The notes beneath the pieces were generated by a model. The model searched no databases. It had not been told where the DNA came from and saw nothing but the letters and a program-made list of their open reading frames with translations. From Eledone cirrhosa (lineage: Eukaryota): a stretch of 64,000 nt of DNA. This document shows, one piece after another, positions 51,872 through 64,000 of this stretch (its first letter is position 1; the number at the start of each line of letters is the position of its first letter). A program made the position numbers and the translations under genes. The stretch is taken from positions 120,900,001-120,964,000 of the forward strand of contig OZ024742.1 of NCBI GenBank assembly GCA_964016885.1. The letters run 5' to 3'.

Positions 51872-52721
51872 GAGATTGTAGTTTGAACATCTTTATACTC
51901 AAAATGAAATCTTTTATTAATACACAAACAGATATTTTATGTATGTTTTTACATAAAGAAAATACATAAAACTTTAGGTGTTTATACATATATACATGTT
52001 CTACATACAATTACATATCTATGCATATCAAATTGATGTCAGTCTTTCTACTTAAATGAGGGTGATGTTTTTACTCAGTAGTAAATCTCGTGAAAGCTTC
52101 ATATTACATGAGTATATCAACTGGTTGAATTGATATGCTGTCAGGTTAACAATAAAAAGATCCATGTATCATGGATAAGACACAAACACTCAAATAAGCC
52201 AGTCTATTTAGCTAGCATACCCACTTCAACCAACATGAATACTGTATGACTTGATGTGTATTTTGCCAGTTTCATACTGTATAAGTTTGTGTGTACTTTG
52301 CTACTTTACAGGGTTGAGTTTGAGTCTTCGTGCAACTGGTGAAAGAATATGCTTTTCTCTATGTTAACTAACTCTACATGGAGACAAAGTAAAAATCTGA
52401 CTTGCTATAGATATATTACATGACAATGGCATTTTCAAGTGGTATAGGCTATCTACACTGCATTGTATTCAGTCATCAGAATTACTGCCCTTAATTTTAC
52501 TATTGTTTTCTTGAAAAAAAAAATATCAAACAATTTGGCTCTTAAAGCATTATTAAGTTTCCTTGAACTACTTATAAAGAAACCTAGATATGAGAGAATC
52601 CATTACAATTATTTAAATCATATTTGTATGGTGAAAAGTTATGTAAACTCTGGCATGAATCAAGCATAAGTCTTGATGTTATAAAACTTGAAACTTTACT
52701 ACTAGGCTATCAAACAAACTG

Positions 52722-53003
52722 TGGAGGCATGTGGCCTAGTGGTTAGTGTATTGGATTTACAATCATAACATCATGGGTTTTATTCCTGGACTAAGTTGTG
52801 TGTTGTTTTCTTGAGCAAAACACTTCATCTCACATTGCTCTAGTAGACTCAGCTGAAAATGAGTACCAGCAGTAACTGAGGTTTTAACCCTGCAATGGAC
52901 TGGTGTCCTGTCCAGGGGGAAGTCTTGTACTCTCAGTTGCTTAATGCTACAGAAACCAAGATAAGCACTGGCTTGATGAGCCATAGGGCTCGAGACAGAC
53001 TTT
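52722..53003 (+). mobile_element. tRNA-derived SINE with V-domain-like body
   Basis: Head TGGCCTAGTGGTTAG; body CCCTGCAATGGACTGGTGTCCTGTCCAGGGG...TGCTACAGAAACC; flanking duplication ATCAAACAAACT. Confidence 0.7.
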
Positions 53004-53006
53004 AGA

Positions 53007-53250
53007 TCAAACAAACTAATATATATTTTTACTACTAGGCTCTCAAACAAACTAATATATATTTTTACTACTAGGCTCTCAAACAAACTAATATATATTT
53101 TTACTACTAGGCTCTCAAACAAACTAATATATATTTTTACTACTAGGCTCTCAAACAAACTAATATATATTTTTACTACTAGGCTCTCAAACAAACTAAT
53201 ATATATTTTTACTACTAGGCTCTCAAACAAACTAATATATATTTTTACTA
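53007..53250. repeat. 36-bp minisatellite, ~6.7 perfect units
   Basis: Unit TCAAACAAACTAATATATATTTTTACTACTAGGCTC. Confidence 0.95.
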
Positions 53251-53269
53251 TTCACTTATACTGAATTAA

Positions 53270-53480
53270 GGTCTTTAGTGGAATCATTGGAGTGTTGGAC
53301 AAAATGTTTTGTAGCATTTTGTTATGGCCCTTTACTTTCTGAGTTCAAATCCCACTCAGGTCGAATTTATCTTTTATCTTTCCAGTGTTGATAAAATAAA
53401 GTACCGGTTAAGTACTGGGATTGATGTAATTGCCTTTTCCATTCCTTAAAATTGCTGGCCTTGTGCCAGTGTTGCAAAGA
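53270..53480 (+). mobile_element. tRNA-derived SINE, second family (also 31195-31290, 54620-54800, 63900-63975)
   Basis: GAGTTCAAATCC B-box followed by a GTCGA...TTTCATCC...GATAAAATAAAGTACC core. Confidence 0.65.
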
Positions 53481-55355
53481 ATTGTAGCCATCATTGGAGC
53501 ATTGCTGTCAGTGTTTCAATGGTGGTGGGGCATTGAGTTAAATAAATGACAAGACTGGGCGTTAAGAATATAGATGGTAAATGAATTGTTTGAATAAGAT
53601 TGGCTAGATTTGGATATGCAGTGTCTGTCTTATTGCACTGTCTGTCTTGTTGACTTGTTGAATAGTTTGAAAAAACAAGCAGTTTGAATTTGGGAAGTTG
53701 TCTGAGGCCTAACATAATTCACAAGAGTTGGTTAGTAGCAAGACAGTCTGTGAACAGCTGTCCATAAATTTCAGTAAATAACAATGCATGTAGAATTCTT
53801 TACCTTTTCATAACCTAAGAAAAAAGTGTATAAATGTGTATACTTTGGTAGATGAAATAAAAAGCTTTGCTGATTTCTCATGACTACAGGTGTGGGAAGA
53901 TCAGGTGTTTGTAGATTTGTCTATGAAAACAGTATTGGTTAAATTGTTAAGGTGTAATGACTAACCATAAGATTCCTTATTAGGTGTATCACTCAGTTGG
54001 TCTAGTGACTTACAAAGGGATGTAGACTTAGTGTGTAGCTAAGAAGAGAGGTAGACTCAAAGTGGAATCATTAATCAAATCCAATTTTCTTAAATGGTGT
54101 TTGTCACTAAGCATATGGTATGAGAATGGTTTAAGGTGACCTGTGAAATTCAACATTTTTGTCAAAAATATAAACCACACCTTTTCCCACAAAAATATGA
54201 TGTGAAAACCCAGCACATAATTTATCTACTGGAAATACAAAACTTCAATTCAAAATACATAATACATTATAAATGCTGTATATAAAAATTTAGACATGTC
54301 ACATCTACTGGTACAACTTATATATGAATATATACAGTGTCTCCTAAATCAAACAGATTTACACTAATTCAAAGGTTGTATAAGGGGTGTATATGAGGAG
54401 ATAGCTTCTAGAAAGTATTAATAAGTATTTCCCAGGGATATTTGATCATCACTCCCATTTTTATTGACTGTTCATTCATTACCGAAGAAAGTCACCCTAG
54501 CAAAGGAAATACAATATATTGATAGATGAAATCTCTGTGACATTGTCTTTACCAATCATATTGCTGCACTAGTAAAGAACATCAAAGATATATAGTCTCT
54601 CATTGATAATGATTTCTACTATAGGCACAAGGCCAGCAATTTGGGAGGGGGAAAGTCGATTAAGTCGACCCCAGTGCATTACTGGTGCTTTATTTAATCG
54701 ACCCCATAAAGATGAAAGGCAAAGCTAACCTCGATGGGAGTTGAACGCAGAACATCAAAGACCATAACTCTATGCTACAAAGCATGGTGTCTGATGCTCT
54801 ACCCTCATTGATAATGCTATCATAGCAGCAGCAGCAATTATTGGCCTCTACAGCATAATCAACTTCACCATCAAGTATCTATATCAGCTTTGGAAGTGAA
54901 TGATTTTACTTACCTGGGAGGCTCCATTTAGATCTTTGAAACCATGAACAAAGAGCTTTATTGGCAAATGGAAGAGGTTTGTTTCCAATCAATCAACTAT
55001 GCAAGATATCTAGATTTCTTCCCCAGGACAAAGATTATATTCTACTATTCCAATATACTCTATTTCCTTTCTTTACAAATTGGAAATATGGTATTTGAAA
55101 ACCAGTCAGAGAAATAAATTTAGCATATTTGATTGCAGATTTCTTCTCAGAATCCTGGTTGTAAAAATGGAGAGGCCTTACTTCACATAATCACATGAAG
55201 AAGCAGACCAAACCACAACCAGTACCTGCAGTTGGATGTAAAACAACAACTCTACCAAGTCATAATTACAAACCAATTCCTTCTGTAGAACCTGAAACAA
55301 CAGAAAAAGGTTACCCAAACATTAACTGGATACAGGTGATCATTCATTAGAACTC

Positions 55356-55420
55356 TTAATCCTTTTGTTACCATATTTTTATTGAAATACACTACCATTT
55401 TCACAGTAAAGGCTTTATCT
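55356..55420. mobile_element. Left half of piggyBac-type MITE split by the Helitron insertion
   Basis: The reverse complement AGATAAAGCCTTTACTGTGAAAAT...AAAAGGATTAA matches the right part of the 51643-51871 copy. Confidence 0.65.
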
Positions 55421-55883
55421 GAAGAGGGCCTTGGATCATTCACTCTTAAAAGTCTCAGCGGCAGAGCTGTCAGCAAAGACGACTCTGATTAGAGGTGGTG
55501 GCCCTTAAGAAGTCCTTCACACCACTTTGGTGTGTCGTATTTGCTTTGCTTGTTATTTGAGATTGTAACCTAGAAAAGTATGTAACAGTCGGTGGCCACA
55601 AAAATGGCCTTGGCAAGATCACGCTGGAATGTCAAAAAATGTGTAAATAAGATGTAGGGAAAAGTAGATTAATTAGGTTAAAACTACGGAACATCGATAG
55701 CAAAGCGTAATAGCAACATATAAATGTGGAAAACGGAGACATTGAACATTTATAATGTATAGCAAAAGCAACCTCAGAGGTGTACGTGGTATTTTCAAAA
55801 GGACAAAAATAGCACACGGATACAGCAAATGTAAGCACTTATACAAAAAAAAAACAGCGATTACATGTTGGCGGATGGGGTGC

Positions 55884-58800
55884 CTACAAAACTTCCTTAT
55901 AGACTATATTTTGTATTTTCTCGCGAGCTGCAAAAGAAAATAGGTTATGTCGGCTCCCCACTCGAGAGCAACCAACATATAGTTGACCATGAGAGAAGCA
56001 CAGTTCTTCTAAATTAAGCCCTACGACCGTCAGCGTCTGACCCTGTGATTTGTTAATCGACATGGCGAAACTGAGTCGGAGAGGGAATTGCAGCCTTCTG
56101 AATGTGAAAGGAATGTCTTTACCAGATGGAATGAGAGGTATCCTTTGTATGAAGACAGTATCCCTCTTACCACATCCTGTAAGTATTGTTGCCTAAATAA
56201 CATGAGGCATCGCCTTTTGGATGACCAGACGCGTGCCGTTGGAAAGCCTTCGGGGTTCAAAATTTCTGAGGAGCATGACAGGGACACCTTTCTTAAGTCA
56301 CAGTAAGTGTGGTGGCAATCCGGGAGGGTCTAGGGAGTTAAGAAATTCTGTGGGGTAATTAACAACTTCGTCCGGATCAGCCATAGAGTCAAGGGACTTG
56401 TAGACGTGCAGGTTTCCAGGCAAGCACAGCATGAGCTGTTCATTGATGCTTCCAACTATGTGGTTTTTCGAAGCCAATATTGCATGTTCACACAACCACT
56501 ATTGATTTGTGTAGTTCTCCTCAAGATTAGGAAAAACAGACGTCCGTAACTCAGTAATTGACTTAACGCATCTGCAAATCCCTGTGAGGTCCGCTGCACC
56601 ATCTCCGTCGAGTGGGACTTTGCCATCTCCCAACAACAAAATGGCAGTAGCAAAACCCGCTGATGTCTCATCACCTTGCAGTTGTGCTCTCATGTTTGTT
56701 GTAAGCGTCAGCTTTCTTACATAACACCAAAGTGGGGAGGCCTTAAGGCATGCACCAACCTCATCAGACCGCGTAACTTTTGGGATTACAGGCAGAGTCT
56801 GTCGGAAGTCCCCAGATAACAGGAAAGTGACACCTGCCATTGGTTCTTGACAGTCTCTGATGTCTCTGAGTGACCGGTCTAATGCCTCGAAAGCCGCCCT
56901 GTGGGCCATTGTACATTCGTCCCAAACAATTAGTAGGCAGCGCTTTAACACCAGCGCTTTTCCGGAAGGCTTGCTGATTTTGCACATGGGTGTCTCAGAT
57001 GATGCCACGTTGAGAGGAAGACTGAAGGCAGAATGGGCCGTTCTGCCACCAGGCAGCAAAGTTGCTGCCATGCCAGAAGAAGCCATGGCTAATGCGATGT
57101 TTCCATGTTGCCTCACTGCAGTGAGTAAAAGTTTGATTACAAATGTTTTGCCCGTGCCTCCAGGAAGAATATACCCCCTCCCCAATTACAGATGGAATCA
57201 ACGACAATGTTGTAGGCTTGTTTTTTGATCCATTAGAAGTTTTGATTCATTCTCTTCAACATACCTTTTGAGTTCGTCGACATCATATGACGTTTCACGT
57301 ATAATGTCGTTGGGAATGTCAGATGGCGCATCTCGAAGTGTTTGCAGAAGCCCATATTTCTCCAAGATATCTCCGCCCATTGAAGCCACTCTGTCTTCAA
57401 TATCAATCAGAGCTCTATTATATATAACGTCTGAAAAGCCGCCATCTAAGTTTTGAGATTGCAATTGAGCGAGACACCTATTTACATCTGCGAAATCATC
57501 TTTAAACTTTTGCCATAAAGAGTAAGGATCGCTCAATTCACAGACATGCAAGAGGATAGCAAAAAGTGGTCTTAGACTACGGGATGATTGTGAGATGGCA
57601 GCTTCCGTCAATGTTACATCCCATTGTGCGTCATCTTCTAAAAGTCCACGCCTCAAGCAGGCTTCCCTGTACGTTCCGCAGGCGTATCCATCGACGGTTC
57701 TCAGATGAGTGAAGCTAGTCGGCCTTCTTACCTCATGAAGCAGAAGTCGCAGGTAGAAGCATTTGTGTTGGGTAGGGTGGACCGTATAAACTCGCCCAAG
57801 GCAATTGTTGAATTTGATGCCTGGATGTCCAACCACCTCTTGTCCTACCTTCCTTCATAGCCATTTTGTCTGGTTCCATGTATAGTAAGACAGTATTTCA
57901 GAATACAGCAGAGTTCGAGCGAAGTGGTCGTGTTGACAAAGTTTGAAAAAAGCGGTGAGTATAGTTTCCTTTGGTGAGATCGCTAGCTGAGCAGCTGTTG
58001 CATCGTTGAAATACACCCGTTGACCGTATTCAAGGTGAACGGCAAGTTGTTTAATGACGTGGTGTCGTTGGTGCAGTAGGAAGCTAAAAACGCGCCAAAA
58101 GGCTTCATTGCTACTAATGTATCAGCCTGCTTGGTAGTCAGATACCTCGTCTCTACTGTTTTCATGACGAAGACCAAAGATGGCAGCATCCGATCCCTTG
58201 TTTACGTACTTACAAACATATTTAACTGATTTTACTGAGTTGCAAAATTCGACGTTTATATGGGCGTTGAACGCTTTCAAGAGGAGAGGGCAATATGGCA
58301 CTATCCAGCTGTTGTCAATTTTGCGTTCACCAACTTTTGCTGTGAACCCACCGTCTTCAAGTCTCCTGCGCCTATACAACGGATATCCGTCACCGCCAGT
58401 CTGTGTTTCCTGTAAAAACGGCCTGGGATATTGTTTTGTACACTTTCCGTCGAGTAAGCACGGGGACTTCATATTGAGTCCATGTCCGCAAGGACCATGG
58501 ACCATGTTTGATGTGACTATAGAGAAGAGGTCCTTGTCAATCGACAGATCAGGTAGTTCGGCAGTAATGAATTTGTCGATGTAGTTTGAAATGATTTTTG
58601 TAACCAACCAAATCAAGATATGGGCATGCGGCAGCCCTCGTTTCTGCCATTCAACCGTGTACCTTTCGCACCTGACAGGCCTGAAAACCTGTCCTTTCTT
58701 TAATAAATCCATTAATTTGGATAATTTCAGGCGAAACACTCTTGCTATGAGACCCTGTGTCTTGGCGCTTGACTGTGGAACAGTTCGTTTGTAATCTCCT

Positions 58801-60437
58801 TCCACTTGGGATTGCATGTAAACGTTATGAAAAGGTCGGGGCGCCCATAATGTCGTACGTAGGTCATGGCATCCTGAGTCCTCTCGTGCATGTATCGGGG
58901 TCCCCCTGTGAACGTTGAAGGCAAAATACACACTTGCCCTAAATTGTCTGGGGATACGTCGTTGTTAATTCCATCGCGTAGATGAATGTAGCATTCAGAT
59001 AGAAGTTTCTTTTGATTTAATTTAATGAACCATAATCCCTCGGACTCCATTTTAACAGCCATATCAACAGCAAATTGTTGGAAAAGTCCCGAGAACGGTG
59101 TAGATGGTTGAATGAATTGTCCCTTACCATAAATCGGAAAGCGTACAAATCCATGCAGGTGACAGTTTTCCTAAGATGTGTCTCACCATGGCCTGCCGAA
59201 TGTTGAGGAATGCCGAAATGGTATCCGTCCTCGCCGTTGACAAATAGCAATGGATACTGGAGTGCATCATAGGACCTGTGTATCTCATTGATACGCTGTA
59301 ATGTGCTCTCAGTGCTTTAGAATATCTCTCTTGTTGTGCTGTTCACCACAAATAACTGCAGCAATCTCATTACATGTTGGTGTGTTGAACCGGCCAGCGT
59401 GTTCTCCAGATGGCCTTCAGTCAGCATGTATGACCACACTAAAGTTTGGGTCAGTGGCTGTCTCCAAAGCGTACTTGAAACTGCGAACATAGCTGTTTTT
59501 GTCGTGAAGCATTTCTTAAAGTTTTATTATGGTTCCAATGTTAGTTTCGGATGAAATAGAGTTTTGCATATCTGCCTGATCCTGATAGTTTCCAACGAAG
59601 TATAACTGAAGAAATTGAGGATCCTTTTCTGCCAGAGGCTGAATAGAACCAATCAAGTGGTAGATTTGCCCCTGGACCTTGAAAGTTGGCATGAACCCAC
59701 GTTCTGAGGCAAGCTTTGCTCCGAAGGATGTCATCTGAAACGCGGAATTGTAGCGGTGGATATTATGCAGAAACTTTGATGATTCCTCCGTCACGTCTGG
59801 CAATGTCTCTGGAGGGTCGTGAATAGGAGGTAGTCTAACTTTACCGTTTGAACAGCACATTCCATCTCTCTCCCCTGGCCACTTTTTCGTACGACAAAAC
59901 TGGCAAGTAGAGGTCATTTCCCCAATTTGAATATCTGCATGGACAGCGTAGTCAGAGGAGGGGTGGTAGTTAAAGGCCTTCAACAACCATCGTGAATTGC
60001 AAGTCCTAGAAATGCCATGTAACGATGATCGCCGCTGTTCACTTTGCAGAAGTCGGCCACGTCGTTACTCTATGGTTTCAGTATTTCATGCAGCAGCAGT
60101 GGCAGTGGCGTCCCTGCTTTGTCGAACAGCGCGTCATCCTTCATCCTCTCCTGCGAGAGCAGCGAATGTTGCAGCGGCGTCCCTGCTACGTCGAACGGCA
60201 CGTCGCCCTTCATCCTCTCGTGCGCGAGCAGCAGCAGTCGCGGCAGCACTTTTGTTCTGTCGAAGTTCACGCCGACTGTCATCCTCCTCCGCTCTTGCAG
60301 CTGCCGTCTGCACAGCATTCTGTGAGAGCCTGATCGCAGTTGCATTTACATCTTCGGTGAGACGCCTTCGCTTAGACTTACTTGCATCATTAGATAATCG
60401 ACCAATGAGAGTTCTTTTCTTGGGGGGGGGGGGGCAT
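55884..60437 (-). pseudogene. Helitron Rep/PIF1 helicase (RepHel), frameshifted
   Basis: N-terminal ~22-aa charged repeats, Zn motif CQFC...CCSNGKV, HUH motif VEWQKRGLPHAHIL and YVCKYVNKG. Helicase motifs GGTGKT, WDECTM, GDFRQTLPV, QFPLRL and FSHGQLYVGCSRV; ends IVYKEVL*. Confidence 0.95.
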
Positions 60438-60759
60438 TGTTTTTAGAAAATTAACCAGGGAGAACGATAAATAGTGGACAAATAACGTTTAAGTAAGCAA
60501 AAAAACACGGATATAAATTGTGAAAAAATGTGATAAATCTATGTGGTCTGAGAAAGTGGGTATGTTTTGCAAGATTTTGTGTACCAGTCAAATTTCAGGT
60601 TTTAAGTTAGGGGCAACACTTCATGCCAGACATATACTGACTTCATAAACTAACACGACATACTAAACACTTTTGAAAGGATACAGGCAAAAATGGCTGA
60701 AAAATCACAGCATGATAAACTGGAACCTTATGACCATAAACACATTAACTAAACCTCCT

Positions 60760-61250
60760 TTAACCCTTTAGTGTTCAAACTGGCCGAAATTATTTCCCCT
60801 TCATTTGTTCAAACCGCCCAAAACCGCCGTAACAGCCACACTTAAATATCGTTCTAAAAATAAACAATACCGTCATCAAAATCTCGTCAATTCGAGATTA
60901 CTGCGCGATTAAGCCCTTACCGCGAAAATTAACACTTAATATAGTGAAACAACTTAAAACAACACGTGTTTTTTTAACGTTGAAAGTAGAACAGATTTTT
61001 TGTTTGTATCAACATGGCTTATGAAAGTAGCGATACCGACTTTGAAGGTTATACACACGACGACATTCAGAATAAACAAGAAACAAAAGATAATATTAGT
61101 GATTATCTTCAAAGGAATCAGATGTTTACATTTCTGAAATTTCATCCGACGATGATTGTTGTTTTGAAAGTGAAAACGAAGATCGAACGTAAACTTCAAA
61201 AGTTATCAGGTCAATGTGAACTTCAATAGATAAGTCGAAGGGAGAGGCTT
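60760..61250 (+). mobile_element. 5' end of a piggyBac-like element inside the Helitron
   Basis: TTAA-CCCTTTAGTGTTCAAACTGGCC is homologous to the MITE at 51643. It is followed by ATG 61014 encoding acidic MAYESSDTDFEGY..., then ISSDDDCCFESENED after a frameshift; no right TIR was seen. Confidence 0.65.
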
Positions 61251-61433
61251 AAGGGGGTTACCTGCCTCTGGGGGCCCCCACAATCGATGTACGGAAAAAT
61301 AAAATAGCCTACGACGCGTAATAGGACTTCAGAAACCTATGTATGAAATTTGGTGCAAATCGGTTGTAAAATGTAGAAATGCATGCTGTTACACAAACAG
61401 ACAGACAGACATCTTCTGTTTTATATATATAGA

Positions 61434-62343
61434 CTAGCAGAAAACCACCCGGTGGGCGGTTTTCTGCTAGCAAATCTAGTGTATATACTGATATTGTTGA
61501 GATTTGGATGAGAAATGTTTTCGGCACCACATGTTCACCGTCTCTCGGTGTGTCTTTTATGCATGTATAAATATATATGTTATCTATACGGTGAAATCTT
61601 TGAAATAAATATATGTTAAAACGAAAAAGGAGAAAATAAATAACTGGTGGTTAGAAAAAAATATTCTTATGAAATTTTAATCATACCATTAGGTGTGAAT
61701 AAGGAAATATTTTTTTATTGTCAAAACAAATGTTCAAAAGTTAAACTTCAATTTTTTTAATTATTTCCAATTTTTTCATGAAATTGAACACTGGACATTG
61801 GCTGCTGGAAATGGAAATTAAATCGTATTTAATTGTATTTAAATTTCTAACCTTATTTTATTATTTATATTTTTTCAATAAGAAATAAAAAAAAAAACAA
61901 AAAAAAATTGAAGAAAAAAATTGAACAAATCAAACGTAGGTTATGGAACTGTGCAATCTGATTAATAAATTACCTCATCAGCAGCAACCTTCTTCAAATG
62001 GTCCTTATTATCAGCAGCAACAACCACAAATTCAATGGCAACCTTCTTCACATGGTGTCAAGTCAGAACCGCCTCGAACTGGTTACTTCTGGCTTGTGCA
62101 TGGTGTCTCTATAGCAACCAGCGATTCCCTCGGCCTCAGTGACCAAAGTCAGTGGAGAGGGGAAGGTAATGTTTCTGTAGCACGTGTTTTAGCGTCTATT
62201 CACTCTCTCTCTCTCCCTCTCTCCCTCCCGCTATCCCCCTCTCGTAGTCTGTCTCTTTCTTTCACTCTCACTCTCTCTCTACGTACGTGTTTCTACTGTC
62301 GGACAGACAGACAGAGAAATTGCTGGTTATGTATATAAGTAGA
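61434..62343 (-). mobile_element. Non-autonomous Helitron (910 bp)
   Basis: 5' A|TCTACTTATATAC...CTGTCTGTCTGTC at 62343. The 3' end is hairpin CCGCCC-ACC-GGGTGG followed by TTTTCTG-CTAG ending at 61434. Confidence 0.8.
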
Positions 62344-62490
62344 TAATATTGAATCTATGAGATTTTGATATTGTTTATTTTGAGAACAATACCTTCACAT
62401 CAGTATGAGTGGCCAGTTACAGCCAGTTTGAACAGAAAGAGTTGAGAGAATTCTGGCCGGATATGACTGGTTTAAATGCTAAAGGGTTAA
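62344..62490. mobile_element. Right half of piggyBac-type MITE split by the Helitron insertion
   Basis: The reverse complement matches 51643-51789 up to ...GATTCAATATTA|; ends AATGCTAAAGGGTTAA. Confidence 0.85.
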
Positions 62491-62734
62491 ATTAATTTTG
62501 CAAACAATCAACCATTTCCCAAAAAGCTGTTTGAAACATTACTTATCAAAAGGTTCTTAAATGATACATGGAATCTAAGTATGAATGCTTTAGAATTAGC
62601 TGCTTTGTATCATAGAACCAGGGGCATTTACAGGCAGTTTCTTATCTAAAGTGTTAAGACAGTGAACAAATCCTAGATTTATGAAATGAGAATGATTACC
62701 GACTGAAATTATTGAAGAGTTTTGACTATTTTAT

Positions 62735-63130
62735 CATCATCATCATCATCATCATCATTTTACGTCCGCTTTTCCCTGCTTGCAAGGGTAGGATGGGAAC
62801 TGATTCTGGCTTGATTTCTACAGCTGGATGCCCTTCCTAACATCAACCTCATTTACAGTGATTGTTGGGTGCTTTTTTTCCATGGCGCCTACACGTCCAC
62901 TTTACAGTGTGGGCTGGGTGCTTTTTTGCTGTGGCACCTCCACGACCACTTTGCAGTGGGATGATAGGGACCCCAGTCCCTATCATCTCATTTCTACAGC
63001 TGAGTAAACTGGAGCAATGTGAAATAAAGTGTCTTGCTCAAGAAAACAACACATCACCTGGTCTGAGAATTGAACTCACAACTTTCGATTGCAAGGCCAA
63101 TGCTCTAACCACTAAGCTATGTGCCTCCAT
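62735..63130 (-). mobile_element. tRNA-derived SINE, full length
   Basis: tRNA-like head at the right end, shared core, and a (CAT)n tail at the left end. Confidence 0.8.
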
Positions 63131-63134
63131 ATGT

Positions 63135-63412
63135 CTCACACAATACAACAGCTCTTTAATTTGAAGAGTTCTAACTATCTTATATATCACACAATACAAG
63201 AGCTCCTTAATTTGAAGAACTTTGACTATTTTATGTCATATACTACAATAGCTCTTTAATTTGAAGAGTTTTGACTATCTTATGTATCACCCAATACAAC
63301 AGCCCTTTAATTTGAAGAGTTCTAACTATCCTATGTATCACACCATATCACAACTCTTTAATTTTAAGAGTTCTATCTTATGTGTCACACAATACAAGAG
63401 TTATTAAATTTA
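63135..63412. repeat. ~47-bp degenerate minisatellite, ~6 units
   Basis: Unit approximately CACACAATACAACAGCTCTTTAATTTGAAGAGTTCTAACTATCTTATATAT. Confidence 0.85.
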
Positions 63413-64000
63413 AGTCATATGGAATTGTTGCAATAGTTTACAATAGATTTGGAAATAATACATAAAAAGAAAAATTAGATTGAAAACTTAAAATCATAAT
63501 CTTCTCTTGTGTCAGCTATTCAAATATACATTATTTATATTAGAATAGAAATAGTTAAAATATTTGTCTGCTTTATTTTAAAATATTCTATAGTTTGCAC
63601 TGTTTTACATTGATGCAATATGGTCTTCCCTGTATTCTAAGCTGAGCTGGCATTCTCTACATAAATGATATTTGCTTTAGGTGAATATATTTTATAAGTA
63701 AAAAAAATGTAAATTTTCAGCTAGACATTCTTTATACAATCAACTGTATGTATGGACCTACAACTCTTGATTGAGTTGTAGGAATGCCATAGAGACATAT
63801 GGCATCTCTTAGGCATTTAATCCTGACAAAGCCCATCTCTCTCACAGCTGATTTCTTCTAGAGAAGTAGAGAGAGAAAGTGAGAAAGAGATATAGAAGAA
63901 GACTTGACCCCCAGTACTGGACTGGTACTTCTTTTATCAACCTCAATAGGATGAGAGGCAAACTTGATCTTTGGAACGAACTGCAAGATAGGTTAAAATA

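Larger units (their letters stand above)
55421..61433 (-). mobile_element. Autonomous-type Helitron (decayed; 3' terminus apparently deleted)
   Basis: 5' end TCTATATATATAAAACAGAAGATGTCTGTCTGTCTG at 61433; RepHel ORF inside. Confidence 0.9.

Noticed and set aside
52722-52790. tRNA gene
   Set aside because: A degenerate tRNA-like SINE head with no intact cloverleaf.
52763-53230. 155-aa repetitive ORF
   Set aside because: A 36-bp minisatellite read through into an antisense SINE.
53490-55340. Exon-like segments on both strands (e.g. GKGVVYIF; KQTKPQPVPAVGCK)
   Set aside because: Multiple stops, inconsistent strand and phase, and no recognisable family.
59997-60446. Plus-strand Ala/Arg-rich ORFs
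   Set aside because: Antisense to the Helitron N-terminal repeats.

Overview
AT-rich, repeat-dense animal genomic DNA. The SINE, RTE and microsatellite content looks Octopus-like, but that is an inference. One well-supported host gene is present: a minus-strand transformer-2 (TRA2A/B-like SR splicing factor), read by hand as 10 coding exons (25745 to 14652, 294 aa, RS-RRM-RS). It has a GC-AG first intron and a 15-nt RS microexon. Around it are candidate regulatory elements: a 285-nt AGAA-rich alternative exon beyond the normal last exon, which looks like a 3'-located autoregulatory poison exon, and a ~190-nt three-way-junction RNA with a 43-bp hairpin in intron 1. Positions 37.5-48.9 kb are an ~11.3-kb array of a 39-bp unit, apparently amplified from the head of a dispersed repeat, with a ~3.9-4.4-kb higher-order duplication. 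Positions 55.4-62.5 kb hold two head-to-tail Helitrons, one with a decayed Rep/PIF1 ORF and an internal piggyBac-like 5' end, inserted into a split piggyBac-type MITE. The rest is mariner, hAT, RTE, SINE and Penelope-like relics, some with hammerhead remnants. No prokaryotic or CRISPR system is supported. All calls are by eye, with no database search.
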